Origin: Chiloscyllium plagiosum
Taxonomy: Eukaryota
Assembly (NCBI RefSeq): GCF_004010195.1
Contig: NC_057719.1
Span: 40,405,323-40,469,322 of the forward strand
Direction: 5' to 3'
DNA: 64,000 bases
The notes under the pieces were generated by a model that was not told where the DNA came from, did no database searches, and saw only the letters and a list, made by a program, of their open reading frames with translations. The position numbers and the translations under genes are program-made. Every line of letters begins with the position of its first letter. The first letter of the stretch is position 1. This document shows positions 39,506-51,902 of the stretch, in pieces.

Positions 39506-39599
39506 AATTCCGAGAAGCATGCATTCCAACCGGAACTCTATCAACAAACACATTGAGTTGGACCCCAACTACCACCCCCTGAGAAAAGGAACTGAATGC

Positions 39600-40055
39600 C
39601 AAGGGCACATTTACAGGATGTTTCCAAGAATGGAGGGTTTGAATTATGGAGATAAGTTTGGACTTTTTACTATGGCACGTGGGAGGTTGAGGGATGACCT
39701 TAGAGAGATTTATAACATTGAGGGGCACAGATAGTTTGAGTCGGCAAGACCTTTTTCCTCAGGTTGTGGAGTTCAAAATTGGAGGACATAATTTTAGGGT
39801 AAGAGGAGAAAGATTTAAATGGGACCTGAGGGGCAACGTTTTCGCACATAGTGGTTCGTATGTGGAATGAACTATGAGGAAGTGATGGGTGCAGGTACAC
39901 TTACGACATTTAAGATGTTTTGACAGGCACATGAATGGGAAAGATTCAGAGGTATATGGGCCAAACCTAGGCAAATGGGGCTAGCTTAGTTCGGGAAACC
40001 TGGTCAATATGGACAAGTTGGATTGAAAGGTCTGTTTCCAAGCTGTATAACTCTG
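39600..40055 (+). mobile_element. CR1 LINE 3' end
   Basis: Same 3' UTR family as 11000-11410. Confidence 0.82.
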
Positions 40056-40069
40056 TCTCTACATAATTT

Positions 40070-40310
40070 TGTTTGTTAGGGGAACAAAATGGAATGATAG
40101 ATGAGTAGGTTGCCTCCCTGGTGCCAGGGCTCACAATGCCATTGAGCTGCTGTGACACATTATCCTCGGAAATTTGAATAACCAAAGCTCATGGTCGACA
40201 TTAGTTACAGCAATGTGAATTGACAGAGCGTTGAGGTCCTGAAAACAGATTTAGACACTTCGGAAAGAAGTGAAAAACCAGGACCTCAAAAGCAGCCACC
40301 TGAAGATTAT
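40070..40310 (+). mobile_element. CR1 ORF1 SGNH-esterase remnant
   Basis: tgcctccctggtgccagg (CLPGAR) ... aaaaccaggacctcaaaa (KTRTSK). Confidence 0.6.
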
Positions 40311-40365
40311 AAAATAAAACTAAGCAATGCAGCTGTGGGAGATCTGAAACATTAACAGAAATTGC

Positions 40366-40542
40366 TGGAGAAACTCAGCAGGTCTGGCAGCATCTATGGG
40401 AAGAAAGCAAAGTTAACGTTCCGAGTCAGACTCTTCATCTTCATCCTCCCATGAAGATTCTTTTTCATGAAGAGTCACTGGACTCTAAACAATAATTCTG
40501 CTTCCTTCCCATAGATGCTGCCAGATCTGCTGAGTTTCTTCA
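40366..40542. repeat. Inverted pair of PLE hammerhead tails (~75 bp arms, ~28 bp spacer)
   Basis: 40366-40438 is near reverse complement of 40467-40542. Confidence 0.82.
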
Positions 40543-41189
40543 CGTTGTTTTCATTTCAAGATCATTTTCAGTTTCATGTGTTAGTCACTGTAGGACTAGC
40601 GGGATTGAATAATGTGTTATGACCAGGTGAGGAATGATCTGCTCTGGTCTCTTTATTCCCTCTGTCAGGTGGAACAAATACTTAATTTAAATTGAAGTAT
40701 GATAGCTGCATATTAAAAAGAACTTAGTTAATCAGATTAACAATAAAGAAGAGGCAATTCCAAGGTTTTCTTCAGTGAAAGAGTATGGAGTTTTATTATC
40801 AATTAAACCTGAGAAAAACAGGCCATCAACATTAAAAAAAGAAGTTGGGAAGAAGGGTATCTGCTGCACATAATAAGAGCAAATACAGTTATCCCTTGGG
40901 TTGAGAAATGAAAAGACCTGAGTCCAGTTATTTATTTGTTGTCTTGTTTTCTCTTAGTGGTGAAACTGCAGATGTCCTAGAATTCTCAGTGAATAGTTCG
41001 TGTGCCAAGTTTCTTTTCACTAGCTAACTTGAGGGAGATTGAGTGAGAGAGAGCAAGAAGGAAAGAAGCACTTTCAGTATTCGTATTATTAACAGTACAT
41101 GATGCTTCATATTTGTTGCTCAAAGATTGCTGTTGATAAACTGTTTATTGTGATACACCCAAGCTTGTGGATAACAGAACGAGGTAGGA

Positions 41190-41820
41190 ATGTGAGTTGA
41201 GGCAAATGCAAGGAGGTTTTAAAGGGATTTGGACAGATGAAGTGGTTGGGCAAGAACATGGCAGATAAAATATAATGCAATTAAGTGTGAAGTTATCCAC
41301 TTAGGTGGAAAAAAAAATGGCAGATTATTTCTTAAATGATAAGAGGTTGGGAAGTGTTGATGTCTAAAAAGACCTGGATGTCTTTGTTCATGACTAAATA
41401 CAACCGTGAAACTGCAGGAAGCAATTCGGAAATCAATTTGTATGTTGGCCATTAACACAGGGGATTTCAGTACAGGGGTAAAGATGTCTTAATATAGTCT
41501 GAATCTTGGTAATACCACATCTGGAGTGTTATGTATAGTTTTGGTCATCTTATCAAAATATGGTGAAGGAGCACAATGGGAGTTCCCAAACTAACCACTG
41601 GGCTGGTGGAATTGCTTTAAGAGGTGCGATGGAAGAAAAGCAACCTATATTCTTGAAAATTGACAAGAATAAGAGGTGAGCACATTAAAATATACAAAGT
41701 TTCTATAGGGTGTGACAAGGTGAATGTGGATAGGACGTTTCCGCTAACTGGGAAGTTTTGACGTAAGGGGTATAGCCTCAGAGTAAAAGGTAAACAATTT
41801 AAGATTGAGATGAGGATTCA
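41190..41820 (+). mobile_element. Old CR1 RT-3' fragment
   Basis: Decayed gatttggacag...tggcagat...aagtgtgaagttatccac...ccacatctggagtg. Confidence 0.7.
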
Positions 41821-43223
41821 CCAGTCTCTTCACTCTGAAGCTAAAAGTCTTTTAGCCTGCTTGCTCTGACTGTTTCTTATTTGAGAATGGAAAGAATAAT
41901 TAATTGTGGAAACTATCTTACTTTTTGGAGGAGGATGAGGTTATATTTGTCATCCTAATTAATGCATTTATTTCTGGATCATTCTGGAAAAAAACTAAAT
42001 TTTGTTTTGCAAATGATTCATAGTGTTTGTGGAGTAACTTAAAGATTTTACACACTTTTCTGACCTAATGCAAGTTCAATACAAGAAGCATAGGATTGAG
42101 CAGGGGAAGTGGCCAAAAGTTGGATTCATTTATTCACAGGAATAAAGAAGGTTAACTACAATTGTCAGGTTTTGATGCGGCTATATTTGGAGTGCTCTGT
42201 CCCCTTTTGATCTCCATATTTTAGCAGCAATACATGTATTGCTCGATTTATGAACAGATTGGGCTGGAGGCGTGGAGCGACTGAGAGCTGGAATGGAGTG
42301 GGCTGGAGGCCTGGAGTGGAATAAGGACAATTGTTCGACTGGGGTCTGGCATAGGTGGTCAGCAGCTTGCGAGGTCGGACAAACTATGTGTTGTATCTAA
42401 GATTTGTACTTGGGTACTTTTGTATCTCATGGCTCCATGACAGGCAACATTATAAACCTTCATTGTACTCCTGTACCTCTGTACTTGAGTACACATAACA
42501 GTGAAGGATATTCTATTCTATCTGAAGGATTCTGAACTTCTAACAATAAATCTGAACTTCCAATAACTGGATAGTACAAAACATTTGCTTTGATGCATTT
42601 ACGGTATCAACGTACACACAACACTATTGATTGAATGTAACTTAAACTTTAAGCCACCAAATGGGAGACACTCAACTTATTTTTAGCACAACCTGAAAAA
42701 CATATTTGGCATTCATTATGATATGCTTCAGGCAGACATTAGGCAGTCCAAAGTAATTGTTAACTCAAAGATTTTCTACTGTGGTTATTTTTTCTTAATA
42801 TGGCAATTTCTAATCCTGGTATTGTCCTTGGTGAGAATATTACTGAAGGGCCACCCTCTTGAGCAAGGTAAAGTTAATCTAAATTTGCTTTAATTCCTCA
42901 GTAGTTTGATCTTTCGATCAGAATATGAGCTTCTAGCCATTTTCTGGCTGAAATGAAAAAATTCTTCTTGTAAATATTTATGAATCTTCATTTTCCTCTA
43001 CTTCCGAGTTTTGAATATATTTAAGGTAGAAGTACACGGAGATGTGGTATCTTGGAACTGAGGGATATGGGAACAGGTTGAAAATGTTCAAACTGAAGTT
43101 CAGCCATAATTGTATTGAATATTGAAGCATATGGCCTGCTCCAGCTGTTGGGTTCTTATGTTTGTCCAACAATCTAATTACTATTTGTTCCAACAACATT
43201 GTTTTTCTTCCTCAAAATATTAG

Positions 43224-43328
43224 TGGTAGACTTCTGTTTAACTCGTCATCTCGTTTGTGATGAAGACACAAACTACCAAAGTCTTCGTTTGAGCTGGGCT
43301 TCAAAGATGAGTTGTAACCAGAGGAAAG
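43224..43328 (+). CDS. TDRD9: TDRD9 exon (105 nt): (V)VDFCLTRHLVCDEDTNYQSLRLSWASKMSCNQRK(G)
   Basis: tattag| and |gtaggg, phase 1/1. Confidence 0.95.
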
Positions 43329-43895
43329 GTAGGGAAAGAAAACTGTCCAGTTTGAATTTTTTGTTGCATGTTTTGAATGATTTGAGGAGGAAAATGCACA
43401 AATTTCAGTTTTGGGGTCTTCATTTTTCCACATATATGTATTGGTAACTGCTTTAATTGTAGAGTTAATAGATAACATAACTAATTCCATTCAAACTTCT
43501 CTGTCACGTAGATATAGTTTGCTTGCATGATTTGTAACTGGTTTGGATTTTAGTATGTGGTGAACTACATTTGAATCACTAAAATAGGTCATGTATTTGG
43601 GTCGGCTTATGATATTTTCATTTTGAGGAATTATTATTCACTAGGACATGATTAGAATTCTCTTGAGATAGTTAACTTTATAATATCCCATGATATTACC
43701 AGGCAGGTAGATCCTTTGGCATCTCTAAAAGAGCAATAAATTTAATAAAGAAATATTAAGTGTGGAATTGGTCTGTTTACAAGATGAACTTGAAATTCTG
43801 TTATCCGAATTCTGTAACCTGTAGTTAGAACATGTAAAACAAAATTTCTTCATTTCTTTCTTTTTAAAGCAAGATTTTATATATATCTTGAATAG

Positions 43896-43993
43896 GCCGT
43901 GCTGGTCGTGTTTCAAAAGGATACTGTTATCGGTTGGTAACGTGTGATTTCTGGACACATTGCATTCCTGATCATGCAGTACCAGAGATGCAG
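43896..43993 (+). CDS. TDRD9: TDRD9 exon (98 nt): (G)RAGRVSKGYCYRLVTCDFWTHCIPDHAVPEMQ, motif VI
   Basis: gaatag| and |gtatta, phase 1/0. Confidence 0.95.
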
Positions 43994-44679
43994 GTATTAA
44001 CTTTTATTTCCAAAAATCATTCCTGCATATCTGTTTTCACTTTCAATGAGACTAATTTAAACACTCTTGGTTTCGTTAACTGTTTGATCCATTTAACAAA
44101 AATATTTTTAATGATCATTTTTCAGGAGAATTCATTTGAAATTTCCATTATCTGAAGTATTGCGTAAAATACATTAAATACAAATCAGACATATAAAGGT
44201 ATATTTTCATATTTTTTAAACACAAAAATGAGGTCAAAATCTTTTTTCTTGCACTTACCAGTATTTCAAGAAAGAAGCCAAACTTAGAAAGGAAGCAGCT
44301 ATTTGTACAGTGTGATCACACATTTAAACCCTTTTCATTGAAGAAACGATTATGGAGTTAGCCAATCTTTGCTGCAGTCCTGTGACAGCACCTGGTTTGC
44401 ATGTAATCAGCTGACTGCATGTCTATGCCAACTATAGTCTAATCAGTTGAAAACATATAAATTGTTTCTTCTAAGTTGGTTTTCTTGTCCTTTAGCCTTG
44501 ATGTTGGCAGAATAAAAAGCATCAATTTCATGTCTCATGTTAGCATTGTTTATACTCTGTACTATAAAGCAATTAATTGTACACTAGTTAGTAAAGTCTG
44601 AAAAAACTTATTCAAACTAGATAGCTTTTTGACTTAAGTTTTAAGGTATAGTAAAGAGAAACTTTTTTTTATTTCTTAG

Positions 44680-44811
44680 CGCTGCCCATTAGGCAGCACT
44701 GTACTGAAAGTCAAATTACTGGACATGGGAGAACCAAGAGCATTGTTGGCTTCTGCTTTATCTCCACCCAATTTGAAAGACATTGAACGTACAGTCCTAC
44801 TACTGAAAGAG
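44680..44811 (+). CDS. TDRD9: TDRD9 exon (132 nt): RCPLGSTVLKVKLLDMGEPRALLASALSPPNLKDIERTVLLLKE; GC donor
   Basis: tcttag| acceptor; ends GAG|gcaagt, phase 0/0. Confidence 0.9.
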
Positions 44812-44939
44812 GCAAGTCATTGAAGAGTGCATAAAAAACTGACCTTTTTGTAATGAACTTTAAGTAATCATATATATGTAAAATATTACCTTAAGTGGCA
44901 AAAGGCACTAACAACAATTCTCTGTCTTCCTGTATAAAG

Positions 44940-45102
44940 GTGGGAGCACTTTCTATTGAAATAAAAGGAATAGATAATCCATACGACGGAGATCTAACTT
45001 TCTTAGGAAAAGTATTGGCATATTTGCCTGTGGACCTCCACTTAGGGAAACTTATAGTCCTAGGACATGTGTTTGGCTGTTTAGAGGAGTGCCTAATTAT
45101 TG
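44940..45102 (+). CDS. TDRD9: TDRD9 exon (163 nt): VGALSIEIKGIDNPYDGDLTFLGKVLAYLPVDLHLGKLIVLGHVFGCLEECLII(A), HA2 region
   Basis: ataaag| and |gtaagc, phase 0/1. Confidence 0.95.
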
Positions 45103-45221
45103 GTAAGCATATAGAAAAAAATGTAGAATATTCACTTAAAATTTTAAAAAATGAATTCCAGGTAATAAAACTTTGACAAACTTTCTGAAGTTAGTTCTAA
45201 AAATTGCAATTTTCATTCCAG

Positions 45222-45285
45222 CTGCTGCTCTTTCGCTGAAGAACTTTTTTGCAGTGCCTTTCAAGCAGCATCTTGAAGGATATCG
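45222..45285 (+). CDS. TDRD9: TDRD9 exon (64 nt): (A)AALSLKNFFAVPFKQHLEGY(R)
   Basis: ttccag| and |gtaaag, phase 1/2. Confidence 0.93.
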
Positions 45286-45924
45286 GTAAAGTTGATTTTA
45301 CGTTGGTTGGTTGGGGCAGGATGAAAAGCAGAGGGAAAGATGATGAATCCAATAGAATGTTACTTAATGCACTTGGTCCTCTTCTTCTGGAAATCTGCAG
45401 GAAATCCCCACTGGCCGTAAACAGAACGGTCACCTTTGTCTGTTTCCTCTTCAATCTTCCCCAGTCTCCTCTCAAACTCCACTTGTCTATGAGACCTCCC
45501 CCTCCTGCTTCAACTTTATTTCCTCCAAATTGCTGACGAACCACCCCCTCACGTCAATAATGGCTTGAGAGTTAATGGTTTTCTGTCCTCAGTTCATGAC
45601 CCCCTCACCATCAAATTTGTCGTCACCAAATCTCTCCTCAAAACAAAATTCTTTCCTTGCAAACCACTGCCTTTTGTTATATTATGTGAAATGTCCCTTT
45701 CTTTCGAAAGTCCTTTAATGTGCTGTTTCCAAAACCAATATCATTTTTCTCAGAAGTTGATGTAATCCTTTCATTCAGTTTCCCTGTGCCACAGGATGGT
45801 ACACCCTCTTCCTCCTCATCTCTCAACTTTCTGCAGTCTTTGACATGGTTGAGTCCACATCTACCTCTAAAATTTCTCAACATTGTCCAGTTGGATGGAA
45901 CTGCTTGATTGACAGTCCTGTCTG

Positions 45925-46230
45925 TCACAGTTGAGATGGGAATTCTTGGTTGAGGAAAATGGAAGACATATCTGAAGCACGGTCATTGAAAGTAACAGCA
46001 TTGGAACAAATGCAATGAAAATGGTGAAACAGGAAGAATGGAGAAGAGTACTTACAGAAGTCATGATGTGAGGAAGTGCTCTGGGTTGTTGTGAGAGTTG
46101 ATAAGCTTAAAATGAACATTAGTAGACAGTTTGTGTTCAGAAGTGAAGACTGAGAAGTTAAGAAAGAGAAGGCAATAATCAACAAAAGGTAAGAGATGCA
46201 TGAGGATCTAACACTAATGTTAGGGATTCC
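45925..46230 (-). mobile_element. Penelope-like RT C-terminal remnant
   Basis: PFFLFHHFHCICSNAVTFNDRASDMSSIFLNQEFPS, homologous to the 31459-31749 peptide. Confidence 0.65.
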
Positions 46231-47852
46231 ATTTCTTAGGTGAGTTATTGAACCTGTCTCCTGAGGTGGATCTGAAAGAGTCCATGACACTATTTTGAAG
46301 TTTAACAGGTGAACTGTCTAGCCAGTATTTCTTCCTATCTGCTCTTTCTGAACTTGCCAGGATTTTGAGCAAATCCATCATATCATGCTCAACAGACAGC
46401 ACATGGACTGCAGCAATTCAAGGAGGCAGCTCACCACCACCACGTTCTCAATGGAAACTAGGGACAGACAATAAACATTTGATCAGCCAGTGATGCCCAC
46501 AATCAGCAAGTGAATGAAAAAAAGAACCTTCATCCAGATAAGGGTTTGCAATATCCACAGGTATAGTGAACCACAAGTCTTTCAATGGTCTGACTCCATG
46601 TGAATTTGGAGGACTGGGCCATATCTTGTCTTCCCATTATGGAGGCAGGTGGCTTGGGAGTTCAGGTGTAGGCTTGCAATATACAGCAGGTGCTGTAAGA
46701 ATCAGATTCCAGCCACCATTTTTGCAACTTCATAGATACTCTTTTTCATGAAAATCAAGTCTGATGTATGATGAGCAAATTTCAAAATTGTGCCCAGCAC
46801 ACACAATCTAGTTCATTATACATCAAATAAAGTAGTAGCTCCCACTTATGAGTAACCTCACTATATACCATTCTCCATAAGCAATCATTCATCATGTTGT
46901 TTACTGTCATTCAATCAATTTGTTAACCATGCTGCCAATGTTTATCTAAAGGCTTTTGCTGACAAACATATTTTTGACTTCAGAAGATGCTTTCAGGAGT
47001 TTGCATATGCCACGCATTGCAGGGCTCATTTTTTTTTCTCTTCAAGGGCTCCCCTTGAAATTTCATAAGGGATACTTTTATTATTTTCAGTTTCAGTATT
47101 GCTAACAATTTGTAGACCCTCTCCATCCCCTTTTTGCAGTCCCTTGTGCCCCCCACCCACACATTTTGCATTTTGCAGCCTGTGTCCTTGATCAATGTCC
47201 TTGATCTCACTTTCGCGCTTCTGTCAGCAGCAAGTTTGAAATGCAATGAGCATGTGATTGGAGCTCCTGACTGTTTTACTTGATTTTATTTACTCGGGAG
47301 ACCTTTCTGATTTGTTGACATTGTGAATGAATTGTCCCAAGTGAACTGTGGGGATTTCGGGAACAAATTTGCCCATTGTCCCAATGTATTGAGTGTTGAT
47401 CAATTACATTTTCCTTAACTTGCATTGTTACTATATCAGAAAACTCCAATCGCTTTTGTTTTAGCTAGATTATACTATTGGATACGGGGAACTTCTGTGC
47501 ATTTTACGTGTTCAGTTGAAGCAATCCATATTCTTCTCAGTTACACAATTTTGGGAAATATATTAATTTCAAGCACATATTTTAGAGCAGGTTTGAGCTG
47601 TTCACGTAAAATTTTAATATTGTTGCATCAGACCATATGCAATTTGATCACTATGTTTTTCATTTTGGTCAGTGGAAGGAAAATTCACTAAATATTTTCA
47701 GAATTGTAAATGTTGAGGTTGCACAACTGATAAACGTGGACATTTTCACTAAAATGCAAACCTCAATTTACATTTGATGGAATTTTAATGTGTAAATTTG
47801 TATTGTGCTTATCTTGGAATTTCATGTTTAAATTATAATTCTATATGTGCAG

Positions 47853-47916
47853 GAATAAAATGGAGTATTCAGATGGAACTTTAAGTGATTGTATAGCACT
47901 TGTGAATGCTTTCAAG
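47853..47916 (+). CDS. TDRD9: TDRD9 exon (64 nt): (R)NKMEYSDGTLSDCIALVNAFK
   Basis: gtgcag| and |gtaaaa, phase 2/0; SDC motif. Confidence 0.92.
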
Positions 47917-48139
47917 GTAAAAAAAAATTTGGAAAATTTATATATCTGCAACTGTGTAATATTTGTTACTATTAAAGCGGTTAGTAATGATGTTTTGCAG
48001 TAATTTAGTAATTGCTCTCAACTAGCTTAACACCTTTCAAAGATTAGTTAAACCCTTAAGATTTGTATTTCATATTATCCCCTTTGTAATAGTAGAGCTC
48101 AAATTAGTTGAGAAGAGTTATCATGAAAAATTAAAAATT

Positions 48140-48336
48140 TAGTTAGCTTGGTTGGTTGGACGGATAGTTTGTGATGCGGAATGACGTCAACAGTATGGGT
48201 TCAATTTCTGCACCTGCTGGGGTGACAATGAAGGACTCACCTTCTCAACCTTTCCCTCATATTGAACTGTCACCAGTCGTCTCTCCCTCTCTCTCATGAG
48301 AGAGCAGTCTCATGGTCTGGTAAGACTATGGTGATT
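48140..48336 (+). mobile_element. tRNA-derived SINE
   Basis: gttagcttggttgg A-box-like and ggttcaatttc B-box-like head plus unrelated body. Confidence 0.55.
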
Positions 48337-48798
48337 TTTTCCTTGTTTCAGAATCTGTATTATACATATCAAAATAAATCTCTGGTTCAAATTGTTGAAA
48401 TTTATTTTTGGGTGAGGAGAACATTACAGTGGACTTCACTCTCTCAGGTATGGAAAAAATGTAGGTTTGAGTTCACATTCCTGATCAATGTGCAGTTGTT
48501 CTGTAGCAAGTACACATAATTTGTCAAAAAAGTGAGTATATTATTGGCTTTGACCATTGATCCTGTCCTTTTAAGGTTGATTAGCTTAACTTCAAGGCTC
48601 TAACAAACATTGATTAAGTAACTACTTGCTCAGCCCTTCAATTCTCCATGGCTTCTCTCCCCCTGGAGTCTCAATTGCAGAGATACCAACTCTTATCGCT
48701 TCTTCTGAATCTGTTTTGTGTGTTCTGCGACTTTGAGCATTATAAGACTAAGGTGCAATTGTTTGATGAGTATTTTGTGTGATTTTGTTTTCTCACAG

Positions 48799-48843
48799 GC
48801 ATGGCGTACATGCAGAGAACAAGGACAGCTGAGATTTCCCAGG
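48799..48843 (+). CDS. TDRD9: TDRD9 exon (45 nt): AWRTCREQGQLRFPR
   Basis: tcacag| and |gttcgt (weaker donor), phase 0/0. Confidence 0.88.
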
Positions 48844-49099
48844 GTTCGTTATTGCATGTTTACTCTTTCAAAAATAATTAGCATCCAAGTGTTTGAGAGT
48901 TATTTGTTCATTCATTGACAATGAAATGCAGCACTTCAAACCTTACATTATAATTGATCAATGCTTTCTTTACAAAGTCAAATGCTTTCAGACTAAGGCG
49001 ATGCATACTCATTTTGTTCAGGTTTTAATTCAGTACATTATGAGACAGTTACAAGCTGCAGATAACTTGTATATATACTTGATGGTCATACAAACAGAA

Positions 49100-49690
49100 A
49101 ATATGAGCTAGGGTAGCCATTTGGCCCATTTGAGCATGCTCTGCTATTCAGCATGATGATGGCTGATCATCCAATTCAGTACCGTGTTCCGCTTTCTCCT
49201 CATACCCATTTGTCCCTTTAGCACTAAGAACCATAACTCCTCCTTGAAACCATTCAGTGTTTTTGGCCTCGACCTGTTTCTGTGGCAGAGAATTTCATAG
49301 CTTCACGACTCTGGGTGAAGAAATATCTCCTCATTTTAGTCCTAAATAGCCTACCCCTATCCTTAGACTTTGACTCCTGGTTCTAGACTCTTCAGTCATC
49401 AGGAACATCTTTCCTGCATTTACCCTGTTAGAATTGTATAGGTTTCTTTGAGCTCTCACCTCATTCTTTTAAATATAAGCGGAAATAGTCCTAATCAATC
49501 TCGTGCCTCTTTATATATCAGTCCTGCCATCCCAGGAATCAGTATGGTGAACCTTTGTTGCTCTCTCTCTGCAGCAAGAGTATTCTTCATCAGATAAAAA
49601 TGATGAAAACTACACACACCAGATGTGGTTTCACAAAGACTCTGTACAACTGCAGTCCGACGTCACTGCTTCTGTATTTGAATCCTATTG
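49100..49690 (-). mobile_element. CR1 LINE 3' end
   Basis: Same family as 30451-30911; LQLYRVFVKPHL. Confidence 0.82.
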
Positions 49691-49889
49691 CTATGGTGTC
49701 ATATTTTTGTAATTGACTGTCTCCACCAAATATAGTATCTATGACTTCCCCTTGATATTCATCTGTACTGTTATGTAAAGTATCCCACCATCTTTTGATC
49801 AGTAATAATAAAACTGGATATTTGTAGAAAGTGATGACCGCAGATGCTGGAGAGTCAGAGTCAAAAAGTGTGGCGCTGGAAAAAGCAAA

Positions 49890-50925
49890 GCAGGAAATAA
49901 TCAATGACTTTATCAACAAATGTGTGGAGGACTGCAGACCGAGGAAGTCAATCCGGGTGTTCCCCAACAGGAGAACTTGGATGAACCAGGGCATACAGAA
50001 CCTGCTAAAAACCAGACATGAGGCCTTCAGATCAGGAGACCCACTCAAATATAAACAAGCCAAGTATGACCTTTGCAGAACCATTAAGACAGCCAAAGAC
50101 CAATACCAACCCAAACTAGAGACTCAGGCAAATACCCGGTGACTATGGCAAGGACTGAATGACATCACAAGTTCTAAAAAGAGACAATGCAAGATAGCAG
50201 ATGATGACACATCCCTCCCAGATTGTCTCAACGTCTTCTATGCTTTGAGCAGAATTTCAGTGGGAAAGTAACGCCTATTCCCACAAGTCCTGACGAACCT
50301 ATCCTGACAGTCACAGCATCAGAGGTCAGATCAGTTTTCCTTCGTATGAATCCAAGGAAAGCGATGGAACCAGACAAAATACCAGGCTGTGTACTCAGAG
50401 CATGCGCAGATCACCTGGCAGAAGTCTTCTCGGACATCATCAACTTCTCCCTGCAGCAGGCCACTGTCCCTGCCTGTTTCAAGAGGGCCAACATCATCCC
50501 TCTGCCTAAGAAGGCTCATGGACATGTCTCAATGACTACCACCCAGTGGCCTTAACTTCAGTGGTTATGAAGTGCTTTGAAAGGCTGGTCATGGCATTAA
50601 TCAATTCCAGCCTCCCTGCTACTCTTGACCCACTCCAATTTGCCTATCTAACCAACAGATCCACATCAGATGCCATATCATTTGTCCTTCACTCCTCCCT
50701 AGAACATCTTGACACCAAGAACAGCTACGTAAGAATCCTGCTCATTGACTACAGTTCAGCCTTTAACACTATTATCCCCTCAAGACTGATTACTAAACTT
50801 AGTGTTCTCTGACTAAGCAACTGGATCCTCAGTTTCCTGACCCACAGGCCGTAATCAGTGAAGATTGGGGGCAATATGTCATCCTCAGTAACACTCAACA
50901 CTGGAGCCCCCGAGGGGTGCGTGTT
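49890..50925 (+). mobile_element. Rex1/Babar-clade LINE RT fragment
   Basis: [26 protein letters not shown]...LDPLQFAY...NRSTSDAI...[17 protein letters not shown]. Confidence 0.88.
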
Positions 50926-51125
50926 CAGAGTGAGTACCTGGAACATGCCACCAGAGGAGGTGGTCAAAGCAAGCACAATAGCAGCAGTCAAGAAACCTTG
51001 GACGAATACATGACTAGGAAAGGAATAGAAGGATACAGTTGCTGTAAGTGAAAACAGTTTTAGTATGTAAGGTTAGTGCAGGCTTGGAGGGCTGAAGGGC
51101 TTGTTTTTGCACTGTATTTTTCTTT
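50926..51125 (+). mobile_element. CR1 LINE 3' tail
   Basis: cctggaacatgccaccagaggaggtgg...ggcttggagggctgaagggc. Confidence 0.7.
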
Positions 51126-51340
51126 GTCTGAATTGTCCACTCTGCCATGCGATCTCCGCCATTGAGAGGATGAGCAGCAGGATTGTGGGAGCAAAGTGAC
51201 CTCCAAGTTGTCATCTTAATCAAAATGCATCCTGATTTGAACATCCTTTGTCCTTATTTGATCACACTTCTATAATTGCCATGACAGCACCACCAGCATA
51301 TTGGCGGTGTAGTGAAAGAGAGTATGCAAAAGAAAGATTT

Positions 51341-51902
51341 CCTCTACATTGGGGAGACAGGCCGCCTACTTGCGGAACGTTTCAGAGAACACCTCTGGGA
51401 CACCCGCACCAACCAACCCAACCGTCCCGTGGCTGAACACTTTAACTCCCCCTCCCACTCCGCCAAGGACATGCAGGTCCTTGGCCGCCTCCATCGCCAG
51501 ACCATGGCAACACGACGCCTGGAGGAAGAGCGCCTCATCTTCCGCCTAGGAACCCTCCAACCACAAGGGATGAATGCAGATTTCTCCAGCTTCCTCATTT
51601 CCCCTCCCCCCACCTTATCTCAGTCCCAACCCTCGGACTCAGTACCGCCTTCTTGACCTACAATCATCTTCCCGACCTCTCCGCCCCCACCCACTCTCCG
51701 GCCTATCACTCTCACCTTAACTTCCTTCCACCTATCGCATTCCCAACACCCCTCCCCCAAGTCCCTCCTCCCTGCCTTTTATCTTAGCCTCCTTGGCACA
51801 CCTTCCTCATTCCTGAAGAAGGGCTTAAGCCCGAAATGTCGATTCTCCTGCTCCTTGGATGCTGCCTGACCTGCTGCGCTTTTCTAGCAACACATTTTTC
51901 AG
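51341..51902 (+). mobile_element. Penelope-like 3' end (GIY-YIG endonuclease plus pLTR), little decayed
   Basis: LYIGETGRLLAERFREHLWDTRTNQPNRPVAEHFNSPSH...RRLEEERLIFRLGTLQPQGMNADF; possible imperfect TSD aaaagaa..attt. Confidence 0.92.
51809..51844 (+). ncRNA. Minimal hammerhead motif (C15.2>T)
   Basis: CTGAAGA-A-GGGC(ttaa)GCCC-GAAAt-GTC. Confidence 0.68.

Noticed and set aside
40615..41176. Solo LTR bounded by TGTTAT...ATAACA
   Set aside because: No convincing TSD or second copy; cannot be supported from the window
51312..51656. Intact-looking GIY-YIG ORF as a domesticated nuclease gene
   Set aside because: 5'-truncated Penelope end followed by its pLTR; the start codon comes from flanking DNA
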